This document shows positions 62,820 through 64,000 of a stretch of DNA of 64,000 nucleotides, piece after piece. The first letter of the stretch is position 1, and every line of letters begins with the position of its first letter. Under the pieces are notes generated by a model that saw only the letters and a program-made list of their open reading frames with translations, did not search any database and had not been told where the DNA came from. Both the position numbers and the translations under genes were made by a program. This DNA is from Acidobacteriota bacterium (GTDB lineage: Bacteria; Acidobacteriota; JBCCFW01). The DNA is taken from contig JBCCFW010000004.1 in NCBI GenBank assembly GCA_039029535.1, positions 41,512 through 105,511 of the forward strand, read 5' to 3'.

Positions 62820-64000
62820 GTGAGTTTCAAGGCCGGATTCCGAAGACTGCTGCGGCGGTTGGCGGGTGAGCCGGTCGAACGCTCGGCGGCCGACGATTTC
62901 GGCGACACCGCTCGCGACATCGAGGCGAAGGCGGCGAGTCTCCGCACCCGCAGCGACGGTCAGCTCCGCGAGCGTGCCGAGACGCTGCGAGAGCAGGCTC
63001 AGCACCAAGGACGCGTCGATGTCGTCGATGGCCTGTCCCTCGTGCGCGAGGCAGGTGAGCGGGTCCTCGGCTTGCGTCTCCACGACGCGCAGGTGCTCGC
63101 AGCAGTCGCCCTGCATCACGGTCGGGTGGTCGAGCTGGCGACCGGTGAAGGCAAGACGCTCGCGGCGGTCGGGCCGGCCTGGCTCGGCGCCTTGGCGGGA
63201 CGGGGCTCCCACGTCCTGACCTTCAACGACTATCTCGCGCGTCGCGACGCCGAGTGGATGGGGCCGGTCTACCAGCTTCTCGGAGCCAGCCTCGGCTGCG
63301 TGCAGGAAGGGGACTCACCCGAGCAGCGACGAGAAGCCTGGGCCAGTGACGTCACCTACGCGACGGCGAAGCAGTCGGGCTTCGACTACCTGCGTGACTC
63401 GCGAGTGCTGGCGCTCGAAGACCGCGTTCACCGTCCCTTCCATCAGGCCATCGTCGACGAGGCCGACTCGCTCATGGTCGACGAGGCCCGGGTGCCGCTG
63501 GTGCTGGCGGGTGGGGAAGACGAGCCGCCGGTCGACCGAGCGAAGCTCGCCGAGCTGGCCGCCAAGCTGGAAGACCAGCACTTCGAGGTCGAGGACAATG
63601 CGCGCCACGTGGCGCTCACGCCGTCGGGCATCCGGATGGTCGAGGCGAGTCTCGACCTCCGCAACCTCCACGAGGACTTCAACCGCGAGGTCCACGCCGG
63701 CCTGAACCTCGCCCTGCATGCGCGCACCTTGCTGCACCGCGACGTCGACTACGTCGTCGCCGACGAGCGCGTCCAGGTCATCGACGAGTTCACGGGTCGT
63801 GTCGTCCCCGACCGACGCTGGCCCGACGGCCTGCACCCGGCGCTCGAGGCGAAGGAGGAGCTGCCGCACAGGAAGGAAGGGCGCGTGCTGGCGTCCATCC
63901 CCTTGCAGCACTTCTTCCCGCTCTATCCACGCCTGGCGGGGATGACCGGCACGGCGGTGGCGGCCGCCGACGAGCTCGACGCGTTCTATGGCCTCGAGGT
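62820..64000 (+). CDS. SecA-family preprotein translocase ATPase, N-terminal part (continues beyond the window end)
   Basis: Not in ORF track because it is open to the window end. GTG 62820 preceded by GGGAGGGAG. Motor motifs ELATGEGKTLAAVGPAWLGALAGRGSHVLTFNDYLARRDAEWMGPVY and IVDEADSLMVDEARVPLV. N-terminus is divergent from canonical SecA. Confidence 0.65.
   Translation, partial: MSFKAGFRRLLRRLAGEPVERSAADDFGDTARDIEAKAASLRTRSDGQLRERAETLREQAQHQGRVDVVDGLSLVREAGERVLGLRLHDAQVLAAVALHHGRVVELATGEGKTLAAVGPAWLGALAGRGSHVLTFNDYLARRDAEWMGPVYQLLGASLGCVQEGDSPEQRREAWASDVTYATAKQSGFDYLRDSRVLALEDRVHRPFHQAIVDEADSLMVDEARVPLVLAGGEDEPPVDRAKLAELAAKLEDQHFEVEDNARHVALTPSGIRMVEASLDLRNLHEDFNREVHAGLNLALHARTLLHRDVDYVVADERVQVIDEFTGRVVPDRRWPDGLHPALEAKEELPHRKEGRVLASIPLQHFFPLYPRLAGMTGTAVAAADELDAFYGLE

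Overview
High-GC (~70%) bacterial chromosome segment; the gene content (GldG-like ABC auxiliary protein, REC-PilZ regulator, TSP3-repeat exoproteins, Nif11-type peptide) suggests Myxococcota. Most genes sit in minus-strand operons with ATGA/GTGA start-stop overlaps. Main contents, in order: (1) a lipid module of XRE regulator, lysophospholipid-acyltransferase-like protein, acyl carrier protein and fatty acyl-AMP ligase, followed by a GldG-type ABC exporter; (2) a polysaccharide acetylation/deacetylation operon with two sialate-O-acetylesterase-like exoproteins carrying thrombospondin type-3 repeats, AlgJ-like and AlgX-like proteins and a beta-propeller lipoprotein; (3) the centrepiece, a ~15 kb class-I-lanthipeptide-like RiPP gene cluster (24456-39708, minus strand). 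It encodes two paralogous double-glycine-leader precursors with polycationic Cys/Ser/Thr/Lys cores, a LanC cyclase, a LanB dehydratase, a C39-peptidase ABC exporter and HlyD. Unusual tailoring or immunity genes accompany it: an APH-family kinase, a JmjC hydroxylase, a 2OG/Fe(II) oxygenase and a GNAT-GNAT-LanC fusion. A separately transcribed Nif11-leader precursor with a Cys-free Gly/Ser/Thr-rich core lies next to it. Four copies of a cis motif GTCAG-N15-CTGTACAGG precede the cluster's transcription units, and a conserved hairpin follows each precursor gene. Next to the cluster is an MprF-transmembrane-like protein with a hexapeptide acyltransferase and an outer-membrane beta-barrel protein; (4) housekeeping genes (PlsC, DUF445, TsaE, Nnr, UvrD/PcrA, PyrD, CoaE, FolD, SMC, a SecA-like protein) and a tandemly duplicated GntR/ABC-ATPase/membrane-protein module. 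A ~190-nt element occurs twice (1126-1320 and 15203-15384) with stem-preserving, loop-varying differences, which suggests a structured RNA. Many long ORFs in the supplied track are antisense artefacts of the high GC content and were not called.
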